DNA of 64,000 nucleotides. Source: Octopus sinensis (taxonomy: Eukaryota). The position numbers and the translations under genes were made by a program. The stretch lies in the NCBI RefSeq assembly GCF_006345805.1, contig NC_043019.1, positions 11,531,360 to 11,595,359 of the forward strand, read 5' to 3'. Below are positions 1 to 12,433 of the stretch, one piece after another. Each line of letters begins with the position of its first letter. Positions within the stretch are counted from its first letter, which is position 1. The notes under the pieces were generated by a model. The model saw only the letters and a program-made list of their open reading frames with translations, searched no databases and was not told the DNA's origin.

Positions 1-692
1 ACAAACAAGGACAGACAAATGGATTAAGTTGATTACATTGACCCCAGTGCATAACTGGTACTTAATTTATCAACCCCGAAAGGATGAAAGGCAAAGTCGA
101 CCTCGGTGCAATTTGAACTCAGAACGTAACAGCAGACGAAATACCTATTTCTTTACTACCCACAAGGGGCTAAACATACAGGGGACAAACAGGGACAGAC
201 AAACGGATTAAGTTGATTACATCGACCTCCAGTGCGTAACTGGTACTTAATTTATCAACCCCCGAAAGGATGAAAGGCAAAGTCGACCTCGGCGGAATTT
301 GAACTCGGAACGTAACGACAGACGAAATACCTATTTCTTTATTACCCCCCACAAGGGGCTAAACACAGAGGCGACAAACAAGGACAGACAAAGGGATTAA
401 GTCGATTACATCGACCCCCAGTGCGTAACTGGTACTTAATTTATCAACCCCCGAAAGGATGAAAGGCAAAGTCGACCTCGGCGGAATTTGAACTCGGAAC
501 GTAACGACAGACGAAATACCTATTTCTTTATTCCCCCCACAAGGGGCTAAACACAGAGGCGAAAAACAAGGACAGACAAATGGATTAAGTCGATTACATC
601 GACCCCCAGTGCGTAACTGGTACTTAATTTATCGACCCCCGAAAGGATGAAAGGCAAAGTCGACCTCGGCGGAATTTGAACTCAGAACGTAA
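1..692 (-). mobile_element. SINE family A headless tails in tandem (about 4 units of ~180-190 bp)
   Basis: Repeated gacgaaatac|ctatttcttt junctions. Confidence 0.75.
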
Positions 693-936
693 TGGCATGT
701 TTTGGATGTATGTGTCTCTAAAACAAAACTGGATCTCATCCTGTCAAGGGACTCAGATGAGCCTATCCCAAGACAGGAAACACAGATGAGGGCAGCAGCA
801 TCAAACTCTCCCTCATTCACCAAATGTCATATATCAGGGGCAGTTTCAAATAATGAAGATGTAACAAAACCAATGGTGGTGCTCCAGCATGACCGCAGTT
901 TTTGAGCTGAAACTAGTTAAAGAGTTAAACACACAT

Positions 937-970
<34 letters not shown>

Positions 971-971
<1 letters not shown>

Positions 972-1197
972 AATATATATGAACATACATCCCACTGGGG
1001 ATGACAACTAATACTTAAGGCGGTACTCCAGCATGGCCACAGTCAAATGATTGAAACAAGTAAAAGAATAAAAAAATAAAAGAATATATATACATACGTA
1101 CATAAATATATACATCTAAATATATAGATAAATATATACATATCTATATAGATATATAAATATATATATATATATACATAATCATACACATATATAA

Positions 1198-1233
<36 letters not shown>

Positions 1234-3170
1234 TGTGTACAGTGCTCAGGTGCATTACAACTCTCATCTAAAGTGTATATATAATCAGGTGTAGTTTCGG
1301 CGGATATAAATGTGTGTGCATGTATGTGTGTGTGTGTGTACCATATTTGATGGCATAAAAGATACACAGACCCACCCCAAATATCAGCAGTGAAGATCCA
1401 AGGAAAAATGTATTGAAGGCATTAAAGCTTATGGGAGGCCACATTTTATATATAGGGCCAGGGGTGATATTTTAAAAATTTTTGGGGGAAAAAAAAGGCG
1501 TATCATTAAATATAATAATAATTTCTTTTAGAGAGTATCCTGAGATATCGAATGAATTTCAAGGATTCTTCATGAAGAAAATGGTTGGGAAACCATCCAT
1601 TAGATCACATAGACCTTCTCTGGCAACCCTTGAAAAACAATGAACCAAAACCAGATCGTCACAGATGGAATGCCTTTGATTTTTAAGGGTCTCCATCATC
1701 ATGGTTGTTAATGAGACAAAATAATTGCAACAAAAGATAACCAACGAAGATTAATAAAAAAAAAATATGAGAAGATGAGAACAAAATGGTTAAATGTGAA
1801 AGACTTTAAAAAACATTCAAATCCACTAACCTGCATAATTGTTATTTACTGTGGGTTTTGTTTTTATTTTCTTTGCAAAGAATGACGATTTAGGTGTGTA
1901 AGGAGGGCCGAAAGACAAACACCAATGAGGAGGAACAAAGGTTGTGTTGTACAGGTGTGATGGACTTATCAACACTGCTACACACATTGTGATAATGTAC
2001 TTACATAGACATACATACATGCCTGCACACACACACACACACAACACACACACACACACACACACAAATATATATGAACATACATCCCACTGGGGATGAC
2101 AACTAATACTTAAGGCGGTACTCCAGCATGGCCACAGTCAAATGATTGAAACAGTAAAAGAATAAAAAAATAAAAGAATATATATACATACGTACATAAA
2201 TATATACATCTAAATATATAGATAAATATATACATATCTATATAGATATATAAATATATATATATATATACATAATTATACACATATATAAATATATATA
2301 TATATACATAATCATACACATATATAAATATATAATAATAATAATAATTGTGTACAGTGCTCAGGTGCATTACAACTCTCATCTAAAGTGTATATATAAT
2401 CAGGTGTAGTTTCGGCGGATATAAATGTGTGTGCATGTATGTGTGTGTGTGTGTACCATATTTGATGGCATAAAAGATACACAGACCCACCCCAAATATC
2501 AGCAGTGAAGATCCAAGGAAAAATGTATTGAAGGCATTAAAGCTTATGGGAGGCCACATTTTATATAGGGCCAGGGGTGATATTTTAAAAATTTTTGGGG
2601 GAAAAAAAAGGCGTATCATTAAATATAATAATAATTTCTTTTAGAGAGTATCCTGAGATATCGAATGAATTTCAAGGATTCTTCATGAAGAAAATGGTTG
2701 GGAAACCATCCATTAGATCACATAGACCTTCTCTGGCAACCCTTGAAAAACAATGAACCAAAACCAGATCGTCACAGATGGAATGCCTTTGATTTTTAAG
2801 GGTCTCCATCATCATGGTTGTTAATGAGACAAAATAATTGCAACAAAAGATAACCAAAGAAGATTAATAAAAAAAAAAATATGAGAAGATGAGAACAAAA
2901 TGGTTAAATGTGAAAGACTTTAAAAAACATTCAAATCCACTAACCTGCATAATTGTTATTTACTGTGGGTTTTGTTTTTATTTTCTTTGCAAAGAATGAC
3001 GATTTAGGTGTGTAAGGAGGGCCGAAAGACAAACACCAATGAGGAGGAACAAAGGTTGTGTTGTACAGGTGTGATGGACTTATCAACACTGCTACACACA
3101 TTGTGATAATGTACTTACATAGACATACATACATGCCTGCACACACACACACACACAACACGCACACACA
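971..3170. repeat. ~1.1-kb tandem duplication (971-2065, 2066-3170)
   Basis: Near-identical copies bounded by (CA)n tracts. Confidence 0.9.
1203..1305 (-). mobile_element. CR1 3' tail stub (duplicate at 2333-2420)
   Basis: Reverse complement of 40768-40866, including the (ATT)n tail. Confidence 0.75.
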
Positions 3171-3817
3171 TCATATAAGTCAAGTGAGGTTTAGATTAGA
3201 TAATTATACTAAGAGTATATTTTCCTACTGAAAGCTTTATTATACACACACACACACACAGATATGTATTACATACATACTCTTTTACTTGTTTCAGTCA
3301 TTTGACTGCGGCCATGCTGGAGCACCGCCTTTAATCGAGCAACTTGACCCGGATCTTATTCTTGAATCGAGCAACTCGACCCGGAACTTATTCTATCGGT
3401 CTCTTTTGCCGAACCGCTAAATAACAGGGACATAAACACACCAGCATCAGTTGTCAAGCAATGCTAGGGGGACAAACACAGACACACAAACACACACACG
3501 CATATATATATATATACGACGGGCTTTGGTCGGCCCGAGGCTATAGTAGAAGACACTTGCCCAAGGTGCCACGCAGTGGGACTGAACCCGGAACCATGTG
3601 GTTGGTAAACAAGCTACTTACCACACAGCCACTCATACATATACACACACATATATACATTATAAAATGTACAGTCCATGTTGGCATTGGTTGTATAGTT
3701 TAACAGGATGCAACGGTCCCAAGGACTGCATTGTACTCCTGTAAATGCTTTGGCATAGTTTATTACAACTGGATTCCATTCTTAACACCAACCACTTTGC
3801 AGTATATACTGGATGCT

Positions 3818-4053
3818 GCAAAGGCGGCGAGCTGGCAGGAACATTAGCACGTCAGGCGAAATGCTCAGCGGTATTTCGTCTGCCGTTACATTGTGAGTTC
3901 AAATTCCGCCGAGGTCGACTTTACCTTTCATTCTTTCGGGGTCGATAAATTAAGTACCAGTTACGCACTGGGGTCGATGTAATCGACTTAATACCTATGT
4001 CTGTCCTTGTTTGTCCCTTCTATGTTTAGCCCCTTGTGGGTAATAAAGAAATG
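3818..4053 (+). mobile_element. tRNA-derived SINE family A
   Basis: GAGTTCAAATTCC B-box; 17-bp TSD agtatatactg(g/a)atgct. Confidence 0.85.
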
Positions 4054-4510
4054 AGTATATACTGAATGCTTTTCTCGTGACACCAGCTCTGGCGAGGTTG
4101 CCACGCAGCTTACAATACTAAGATCATCTTCAACTGAGTGAGGTCACAATAGAGAGGGTGGCACCTATATGCTAAGAGATAAGGGGTAGAGTCTAAAAGA
4201 AGGAGCCAAGACAGAACATATTTCTTGCTGTGAATGGCCGCATGACTGTTCACATTATTGAAGAGTGAGCAGGAGTAACAGAGGAGTGGGGCCGGAGAGA
4301 TAAAAACTTCTGTTTGCAAACAACTTGCAGATGCAAGTGCTACCAGTTGAAACCTCCACATACTGAATGCTAGCAAGCTTATGGGATCAAGAGAGAATGC
4401 AGGCCATTTTGGGGCCTTCCTCTCAACAGCATATCAATGTGCACTGCCTCCTCCCTCCTCCCCACTAAAATGAGGCCCTACATAAACTGGTTACTAGGTT
4501 TTGCTCAATG

Positions 4511-5035
4511 AAGGCGGCGAGCTGGCAGAAACGTTAGCATGCCGGGCGAAATGCTTAGCGGTATTTTCGTCTGCCGTTACATTCTGAGTTCAAATTCCGC
4601 TGAGGTCGACTTTGCCTTTCATCCATTCAGGGGTCGATTAAATAAGTACCAGTTACGCACTGGGGGTCGATTAAATAAGTACCAGTTATGCACTGGAGTC
4701 GATTAAATAAGTACCAGTTATGCACTGGAGTCGGTTAAATAAGTATCAGTTACGCACTGGGGTCGATTAAATAAGTACCAGTTATGCACTGGGGTCGATT
4801 AAATAAGTACCAGTTATGCACTGGAGTCGGTTAAATAAGTATCAGTTATGCACTGGGGTCGATTAAATAAGTACCAGTTACGCACTGGGGTCGATTAAAT
4901 AAGTACCAGTTATGCACTGGGGTCGGTTAAATAAGTACCAGTTATGCACTGGGGTTGATATAATCGACTTAATCCGTTTGTCTTGTCCTTGTTTGTCCCC
5001 TCTGTGTTTAGCCCCTTGTGGATAGTAAAGAAATA
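4511..5035 (+). mobile_element. SINE family A with 32-bp internal minisatellite
   Basis: 15-bp TSD aggttttgctcaatg (4496-4510, 5036-5050). Confidence 0.85.
4630..4953 (+). repeat. 32-bp minisatellite, ~10 copies
   Basis: Unit ggggtcgattaaataagtaccagtta(c/t)gcact. Confidence 0.9.
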
Positions 5036-6133
5036 AGGTTTTGCTCAATGTTCTTCTAGCCATTGCACACCATCTCTTTTTAACCAAAGCCAGTTGCTTG
5101 CCTTCTCCACTGTAGTCTGGTTATCACTGATGGTGGTCATTTGCTTATGATGTGTCAACAGCAATTGCCTGAGAGTGTCTAATGAATCCTCTACATCAAA
5201 CTTCAATTGGAAAATGCTCGGCTTTCCATCCTGCGTCTTCAAATTCCTCAAGGAGGTTTTTATACTAGTCAATCTTTCAAGCATCCATGAGGAACTGTTA
5301 ACTTGACTAGAATTACTACTTCCTTGATTAAGGGAATTCCTGGTTTTGTTAAAGTTATTCCTTACTTATGTTTCTAAGGTTAAATTTTTTTTTAACTTGT
5401 TTCAGTCATTTGACTGTGGCCATGCTGGAGCACCGCCTTTCATCGAGCAAATCTACCCTAGGACTTATTCTTCGGAAGCCTAGTAATTATTCTATCGGTT
5501 TCTTTTGCCGAACCACTAAGTTACGGGGACGTAAACACACCAGCATCGGTTGTCAAGCGATGTTGGGGGGACAAACACAGACACACAAACATATACACAC
5601 ACATACATATATATATTTCTTTACTACCCACAAGGGGCTACACACAGAGGAGACAAATAAGGACAGACAAACGGATTACGTCGACCTCAGTGCATAACTG
5701 GTACTTAATTTATCGACCCCGAAAGGATGAAAGGCAAAGTCGACCTTGGCGGAATTTGAACTCAGAACGTAACGGCAGACGAAATACAGCTACGCATTTC
5801 GCCCAGTGTGCTAACGTTTCTGCCAGCTCGCCGCCTTACATACATATATATATATATACATATATACGACAGGTTTCTTTCAGTTTCCGCCTGCCAAATC
5901 CACTCACAAGGCTTTGGTCAGCCCGAGGCTATAGTAGAAGACATTTGCCCAAGGTGCCATGCAGTGGGAATGAACCCGGAACCATGTGGCTGGTAAGCAA
6001 GCTACTTACCACATGAATAAAAGACTGGAGCACCGCCTTAACAGGCTTCAGTTGAAGAAATCAACCCCAGGACTGATTCTTTGTAAACCTAGTACTTATT
6101 TTATCGTTTTCTTTTGCTGAACTGCAAAGTTGT

Positions 6134-6580
6134 TAGTTTATTAGTAATGCCATCATACCTGGACAACAAATATATTAAGCAGAACAAGGCACTTTTTTAT
6201 ATATGTGTATATATGAGACGGATGCAAGCATGTTGTGTGCTTAAGAAATTTGTTTCTCAGTTACGTGGATTTAGGTTCAGTTTCACTGTGTCTTCTACAA
6301 TAAGCTAAGGGTGACCGAAGCCAGTCATATGTGTGAGTGTGTATTTGTCTGTGTTTGTTCTCTGTAACTTAGTGGTTTGGCAAAAGAGACCAATAAAATA
6401 AGTACCAGGTTTTAAAAAAAAGTACTGGGGTCAATTTGTTTGATTAACCCCTTCAAAGTGGTGCCCCCTCATTGCTGCAGTCTCATGACTATCTGTCTCA
6501 TATATACACATATATAAAAAAGTGCCTCATTCTGCTTAATATATTTGTCGTCCAGGTATGATGGCATTACTAATAAACTA
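6134..6580. repeat. Foldback: 90-bp inverted arms around a decayed SINE B
   Basis: Arms 6134-6223 and 6491-6580, 4 transition mismatches. Confidence 0.85.
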
Positions 6581-6774
6581 GCAAAACACTTTGGTGACAC
6601 AGTTTCTTGATAGAAACTCAAAAACCCTTCTTCTGTGATTATTATGCTCAAAGTTATCTTTTATTCTAAAGTCTATAATTTAAAAGTTATCAAAGATAGC
6701 CAACAGTACACCAAGTCCAACTGTTAATCACAGACAAACGTGTGCTTATGTATATATACTAACACATAGATGTT

Positions 6775-6821
6775 CATAAAAATCCATACACACAAATGTG
6801 TTATATATTATATATATATAT

Positions 6822-6864
<43 letters not shown>

Positions 6865-7088
6865 TATATATATATAAAACACATTTATATATATAATATA
6901 TATATATATATATACATATATATATAATATATATATATACATATATATATATACATATATATATACATATATATATATACAATATATATATATATATATA
7001 TATACATATACTATTATTTTCCGGGAACGCTGCCGCTGTTCTCTTTTAGAGAGACTTAGTTATTTTAATATTTCTATTATATATATAC

Positions 7089-7119
<31 letters not shown>

Positions 7120-7130
7120 CACATATATAC
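6775..7130. repeat. (AT)n-rich compound microsatellite
   Basis: Long TA/TACA tracts. Confidence 0.9.
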
Positions 7131-9257
7131 TTATACATGTATCCATTTACGTAAGCATAAATAAACGCAAAATGTGTTGTTTTTTTTGTTTGTTTTTTAT
7201 TTGTTTTGTTTTTTGTAAGGGGAGGTATTTTTGTTTTTTAAAGTTTGGAAGAGTTCATTTCTTCCCAATTTTTTTAATCACTACTCAATACTGATAGACA
7301 GGTATGACAACCTGGTTTGTGCTAAAGTTCACTGAAGAAACATCATCAATCAGGTAAGAGAAACTGTTGTTCATTCTCTTCTTATCCTCATTAAAGTTTA
7401 ATTAATTATTTAATTAATTAACTAGTTAATTAATTCATTCATTTATTCAAACGTAGCCTCAATTTTATTTCAATGTTGGATAGACTCTGAGATCTAATGC
7501 AAGGTTTTGTTGTGTTTTCTTCATATACGAATGAGAAATATGGATGTGTGTGTGTATGTACATATGTATGTGTGTATATGTATGTGTATATATATATATG
7601 TATGTGAGTGTTTTTGTATATATGTGTGAATGTTTTTGTATGTCATTATTCAGTTTATTTCAAGATTTCATGCCAATAGAGAAAGAACCAGTTTCTAACC
7701 TAGATCCAGGTTCTTTCGTTGGAATTTCAACATCAACAACAGGTTATTTTTGTTTGTTTGTTTGTTTGTGTGTGTGTGTGTGTGTATGTATGCATGCATG
7801 TATGTATGTATGTGTATTATAATATAGTTACATACACACACACACACAGTAATAAAAATTGCAGTAAATGTAATTGGTATTTTTAAGCTTTATGTAACAT
7901 ACACACACACATACAAACCACACACACACAAGGTGCAGGTGTGGCTGTGTGGTTAAGAAGTTTGTTTTTCAACTGCATGATTTTGGGTTCAGTCCCACTG
8001 AATGGCATCTTGAGCAAGTGTCTTCTATTCTTACACCAGTACCAAGTCAACCAAAGCCTTGCGAATGATTTTAATTAACAAAAATTTAAAGACAGGAAAT
8101 TAGTATTTACTTTCATCATTATTGTATTTATGCTATATCCCCTGATATTATCCATGGTACCCCAAATGTACTTTTGAAGTTAAGCATCATATGACAGTAT
8201 GCCAGGTATATACAATGATGGATATATATACTCTCTAACTCTTAGTGAACATATACATTTTTATAAAGATATAATCTTATAATAAAAAAACACAAATCTT
8301 GTAAAAAAAAGGTACCCCAGGTTTCCTTATGAAAATGATAATTTATTCCGCCAGTTATAAATATATATTTATAAATAACAACAGATGGAGATTGGTTCAT
8401 TCCCTACAGCTGTTTCAAACGAGTTTTTTTTATTGATGAAGATAATTATTACATCATGCAAAAAAAAATGTTTTTGTTTTTTTTCCCGGGTGAATATACA
8501 TGAATTAAACATCTTAAAAAAACAATCCAAGAATCAACATTGTGTGCCACTTCATGATTCCTGATTATCTTCAGCCAAAGATTCTTGATGTAATAACTCT
8601 ATTCATAAGGCGGTGAGCTGGCAGAAATGTTAGCACGCTGGGTGAAATGCTTAGTGGTATTTCGTCTGCCGTTACGTTCTGAGTTCAAATTCCGCCGAGG
8701 TCAACTTTGCCTTTCATCCTTTCGGGGTCGATTAAATAAGTACCAGTTATGCACTGGGGTCGATATAATCGACTTAATCCGTTTGTCCTCTCTGTGTTTA
8801 GCCCCTTGTGGGTAGTAAAGAAATAGGTATTTTGTCTGTCTTTACGTTCTGAGGTCAGATTCCACTTTCATCTTTTCAGGGTCAATAAATTAAGTACCAG
8901 TTACATACTGGGGTCAATCTAATCGACTGGCCACCTCCCCAAAAATTTCAGGCCTTGTGCCTAGAGCGGAAAAGAATAATTCTATTCATCAATATATATA
9001 TACCTCTGCTTCTTACTTCTTTGTTACCTATTTAAAGACATACCAGCATAAACCATGTGTTTGCCATTGTTATTTCATCCATTTTCATATCCTATATAAC
9101 CTAAACTCCAGTTTACCAACCAAACCACTTGCTACCGTACAATCTTACAAAAGACTGTACCTACCCAGCTAATAGCCAGGAGCAACTCTGGATCTAATTA
9201 CCCCTTAGAGGTATTAAACCCCTCTAACTTGATACCTACACAAGTTATATATATATA

Positions 9258-9440
9258 TATCGTCAGGACGCCATGATAGATCGTTAGCTCCTGCACACAT
9301 TTTGTTCTCTCGTTTTTTTCTGTGTATCTTTCTGTCAAAGTGCGTAGGCTCGAAACGTAAAAGACTTTTTCTATTTCTATTCCTGAGCGCTATACTAATA
9401 CATTTGTTTGTTTGTACTCCACCTGCTTTCGTCTTTTGTT

Positions 9441-9445
<5 letters not shown>
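9258..9445 (+). mobile_element. Penelope-like element terminal fragment with a degenerate hammerhead
   Basis: TCTTT-CTGTCAA-A-GTGC-GTAG-GCTC-GAAACGTA-AAAGA at 9327-9364. A related fragment lies at ~12310-12370. Confidence 0.5.
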
Positions 9446-9472
<27 letters not shown>

Positions 9473-9473
9473 A

Positions 9474-9871
9474 GGCGCAGGAGTGGCTGTGTGGTAAGTA
9501 GCTTGCTAACCAACCACATGGTTCCGGGTTCAGTCCCACTGCGTGGCATCTTGGGCAAGTGTCTTCTACTATAGCCTCGGGCCGACCAAAGCCTTGTGAG
9601 TGGATTTGGTAGACGGAAACTGAAAGAAGCCTGTCGTATATATGTATATATATGTATGTGTGTGTATATGTTTGTTTGTCTGTGTTTGTCCCTCTAGCAT
9701 TGCTTGACAACCGATGCTGGCGTGTTTATGTCCCCGTCACTTAGTGGTTCGGCAAAAGAGACCGATAGAATGAGTACTAGGCTTACAAAGAATAAGTCCC
9801 GGGGTCGATTTGCTCGACTAAAGGCGGTGCTCCAGCATGGCCACAGTCAAATGACTGAAACAAGTAAAAGA
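9474..9871 (+). mobile_element. tRNA/CORE-type SINE family B (also + at 13975, 17084, 32323, 33494, 35115, 36824, 40908, 41396, 42446)
   Basis: TGGCTGTGTGG A-box, GGTTCAGTCC B-box, CCTTGGGCAAG CORE-like motif, central (TA/TG)n. Confidence 0.85.
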
Positions 9872-10003
9872 GTATATATATATATAAAAGCAAAACAACA
9901 TACAGAAAGAGAGAAAAGAGGAAACACAACAGATGGAGATCTGCTCAGCCATTCATCGGTTATCAACCAAATATCATTGCAATTTCAATTTATTTCAGAT
10001 AAA

Positions 10004-10106
10004 ATGAATCATTCCACTTACCTTTTGTTTCTGCTGCTCACCTTTGTGACAAACACCCAAGCAACATTTGATCCGAAAGTCTGTAAACCAGACACAACAA
10101 ACATTG
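10004..10106 (+). CDS. Gene 1 coding exon 1 (signal peptide)
   Basis: Acceptor ttatttcag at 9998, ATG 10004, donor G|gtaagt. [34 protein letters not shown]. Confidence 0.88.
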
Positions 10107-12384
10107 GTAAGTATTTTTTTAAATTGAAGTTTCACCTATATTTGTTGGGGTTTTTTTTTCGTTTTTTTGATCTCATTTCTTTATCCTGTTTTTAGATTTT
10201 GTCTTATGGTGAAAAGCTCTGGTGCAGTTGTTAATGAGTAGCAGTATTAGATATGTAATTAATATTTAGTGTGGTTCAAATTCTGCTGCGGTCAGCTTTG
10301 CCTGTCATCCTTTCACGGTCAATAAATTAAGTACCAGTTGAGCACTGGGGTCGACATAATCGACTTACCCATTCCCCCAAGATTGCTGGCTTTGAGCCAA
10401 AATTTGGAAGTAATATTTAGTAGTACACTACATTGCTGTAAATTAAATTTCTACCTACTGATGAAAGTGGACATAGAGGGATGGTGGGAGAGAGAGAAGC
10501 AGGGAATGTGAGAGACAAGTAAAGAGAGAAGGGAAGATGGGACACAGATGGCTGGAGAGAGAGGGTGAAAGAGAGGAGAGGGAGATGGGGAGAAATAAGA
10601 AGAGAAAAGGAGAGATGTGTGGCACCTTGGGCAAGTGTATTCTACTATAAGCCTCAGGCCGACCAAAGCCTTTTAAGTAGATTTGGTAGGTGGAAACTGA
10701 AAGAAGCCCACTGTATATGTGTGTGTGAAGTTCAGGGGTTGATTTGTTCAACTAAAAAACCCTTCAAGGTGGTGCCCCAGCATGGCTGCAGTCCAATGAC
10801 TGAAAGAAGCACAGAATAAAAGATATCATTTGCCATGAGTGGGGATGCAAAGCATTTTCACTATTTTTCTGTGGGGGTACACTTATTTATCAGTTTAAGG
10901 GTCACTGTTATAGATAGCAAGCTGGCAGAATCATTAGCATGCTGGGTGAAATGCTTAGCAGTATTTCATCTGTCCTTATGTTCAGAGTTCAAATTCTACC
11001 AAGGCCAACTTTGCCTTTCATCCTTTTGGAGTCAATAAAATAGGTACCAGTTGAACACTGATTCAATTTAACTACTCCTGGGTAAGAGTATACAAACCAC
11101 AACCCTAAGCCAAGCCTTGCTGAGCCAGTGTAGCTGAGTAGGCTCATCAAACCAGTATGATCTGAAGTTCAAATTCACAGCCTCCACATCAGACCAGGGT
11201 TCATGGAGAGAACATGTTAAGGTCTTCATCTTGCAACAGACTGAACATAGGCAATCCAATCCAACCCAGTCATAGAAAGTTCATAATTTTAGGAAGCTGG
11301 AGCAATTTCAGCTACTAAGATACTACAACAAGCTATGCATTAAGTCTACCTCCAACAACAGGTCAACAGATACAGTCCATTTCTGTCTAGACCAGGGGTT
11401 CTCAACCATTTTTTTTTTATCTATGGACCCCTTTGATCACTACTCTATTCTGGTGGATCCCCATAACCATTCAATGTTCAAAAACTAGTTTTATAGAAAC
11501 TTCTTTCAAAATCCCTATTTCACTTTCCACACATTAACTTGTATAGGTTGAACTATGTAAAATGTTAGAGAAAGAAACTTTGCTGTTTCTTGCAATACAT
11601 ACATCAAAAGCAAAACTTTTTCAGGGTCCCTTAAAATACTATTGTGGGTCCCAAGTTTACTATTTTGTTATATGGGCCTCCAAAAATCTTATATGGACCC
11701 TGGTTGATAACCATAGAGCTAGACAGTTAGTTGATCTGGGACTATGATAGAAAATATTTCCCTCAGGGACCAAGGCACCTTGAGTTGAACCCCACATGAT
11801 CATGAAGCTAACTTCTCAACTACACAACCATTCAAGTACATGAACATCAAAATAAATATCAAAGGAAATAGTAGTTGTGATACCTGTGCCGATGGCACAT
11901 AAAAAGCACCATCCGAACGTGGCCGATGCCAGCGCCGCCTCAACTGGCTTCTGTGGCGGTGGTACATAAAAAGCACCATTCGAACATGGCCGATGCCAGC
12001 GCCGCCTCGACTGGCTTTCGTGCCGGTTGCACGTTAAAAGCACCAACCGATCGTGGCCGATGCCAGACTCCCCTGGCACCTGTGCTGGTGGCACGTAAAA
12101 AGCACCCACTACATTCGCAGAGTGGTTGGCGTTAGGAAGGGCATCCAGCTGTAGAAACACTGCCAGATCAGACTGGAGCCTGGTGCAGCCCCTGGCTCCC
12201 AGACCCCGGTCGAACCGTCCAACGATGATGATATATATATGTGTATATATATATATATATTATATATATATATATGTATGTATGCATATATATACATATA
12301 TATATATGTATTGTTCGTTTGTTTTCCACCTGCCTTCGTCTTTTGTTTATTTTCATAAAGCTTCCCGTTATATATATATGTATG

Positions 12385-12433
<49 letters not shown>

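Noticed and set aside
4630-4953. CRISPR-like array
   Set aside because: Units are contiguous with no unique spacers, derive from a SINE, and the DNA is eukaryotic.
5045-5284. Possible mariner HTH fragment
   Set aside because: Only vague resemblance; no catalytic motifs or TIR link established.
8355-8374. Perfect 20-bp AT palindrome
   Set aside because: Expected by chance in AT-repeat-rich DNA.
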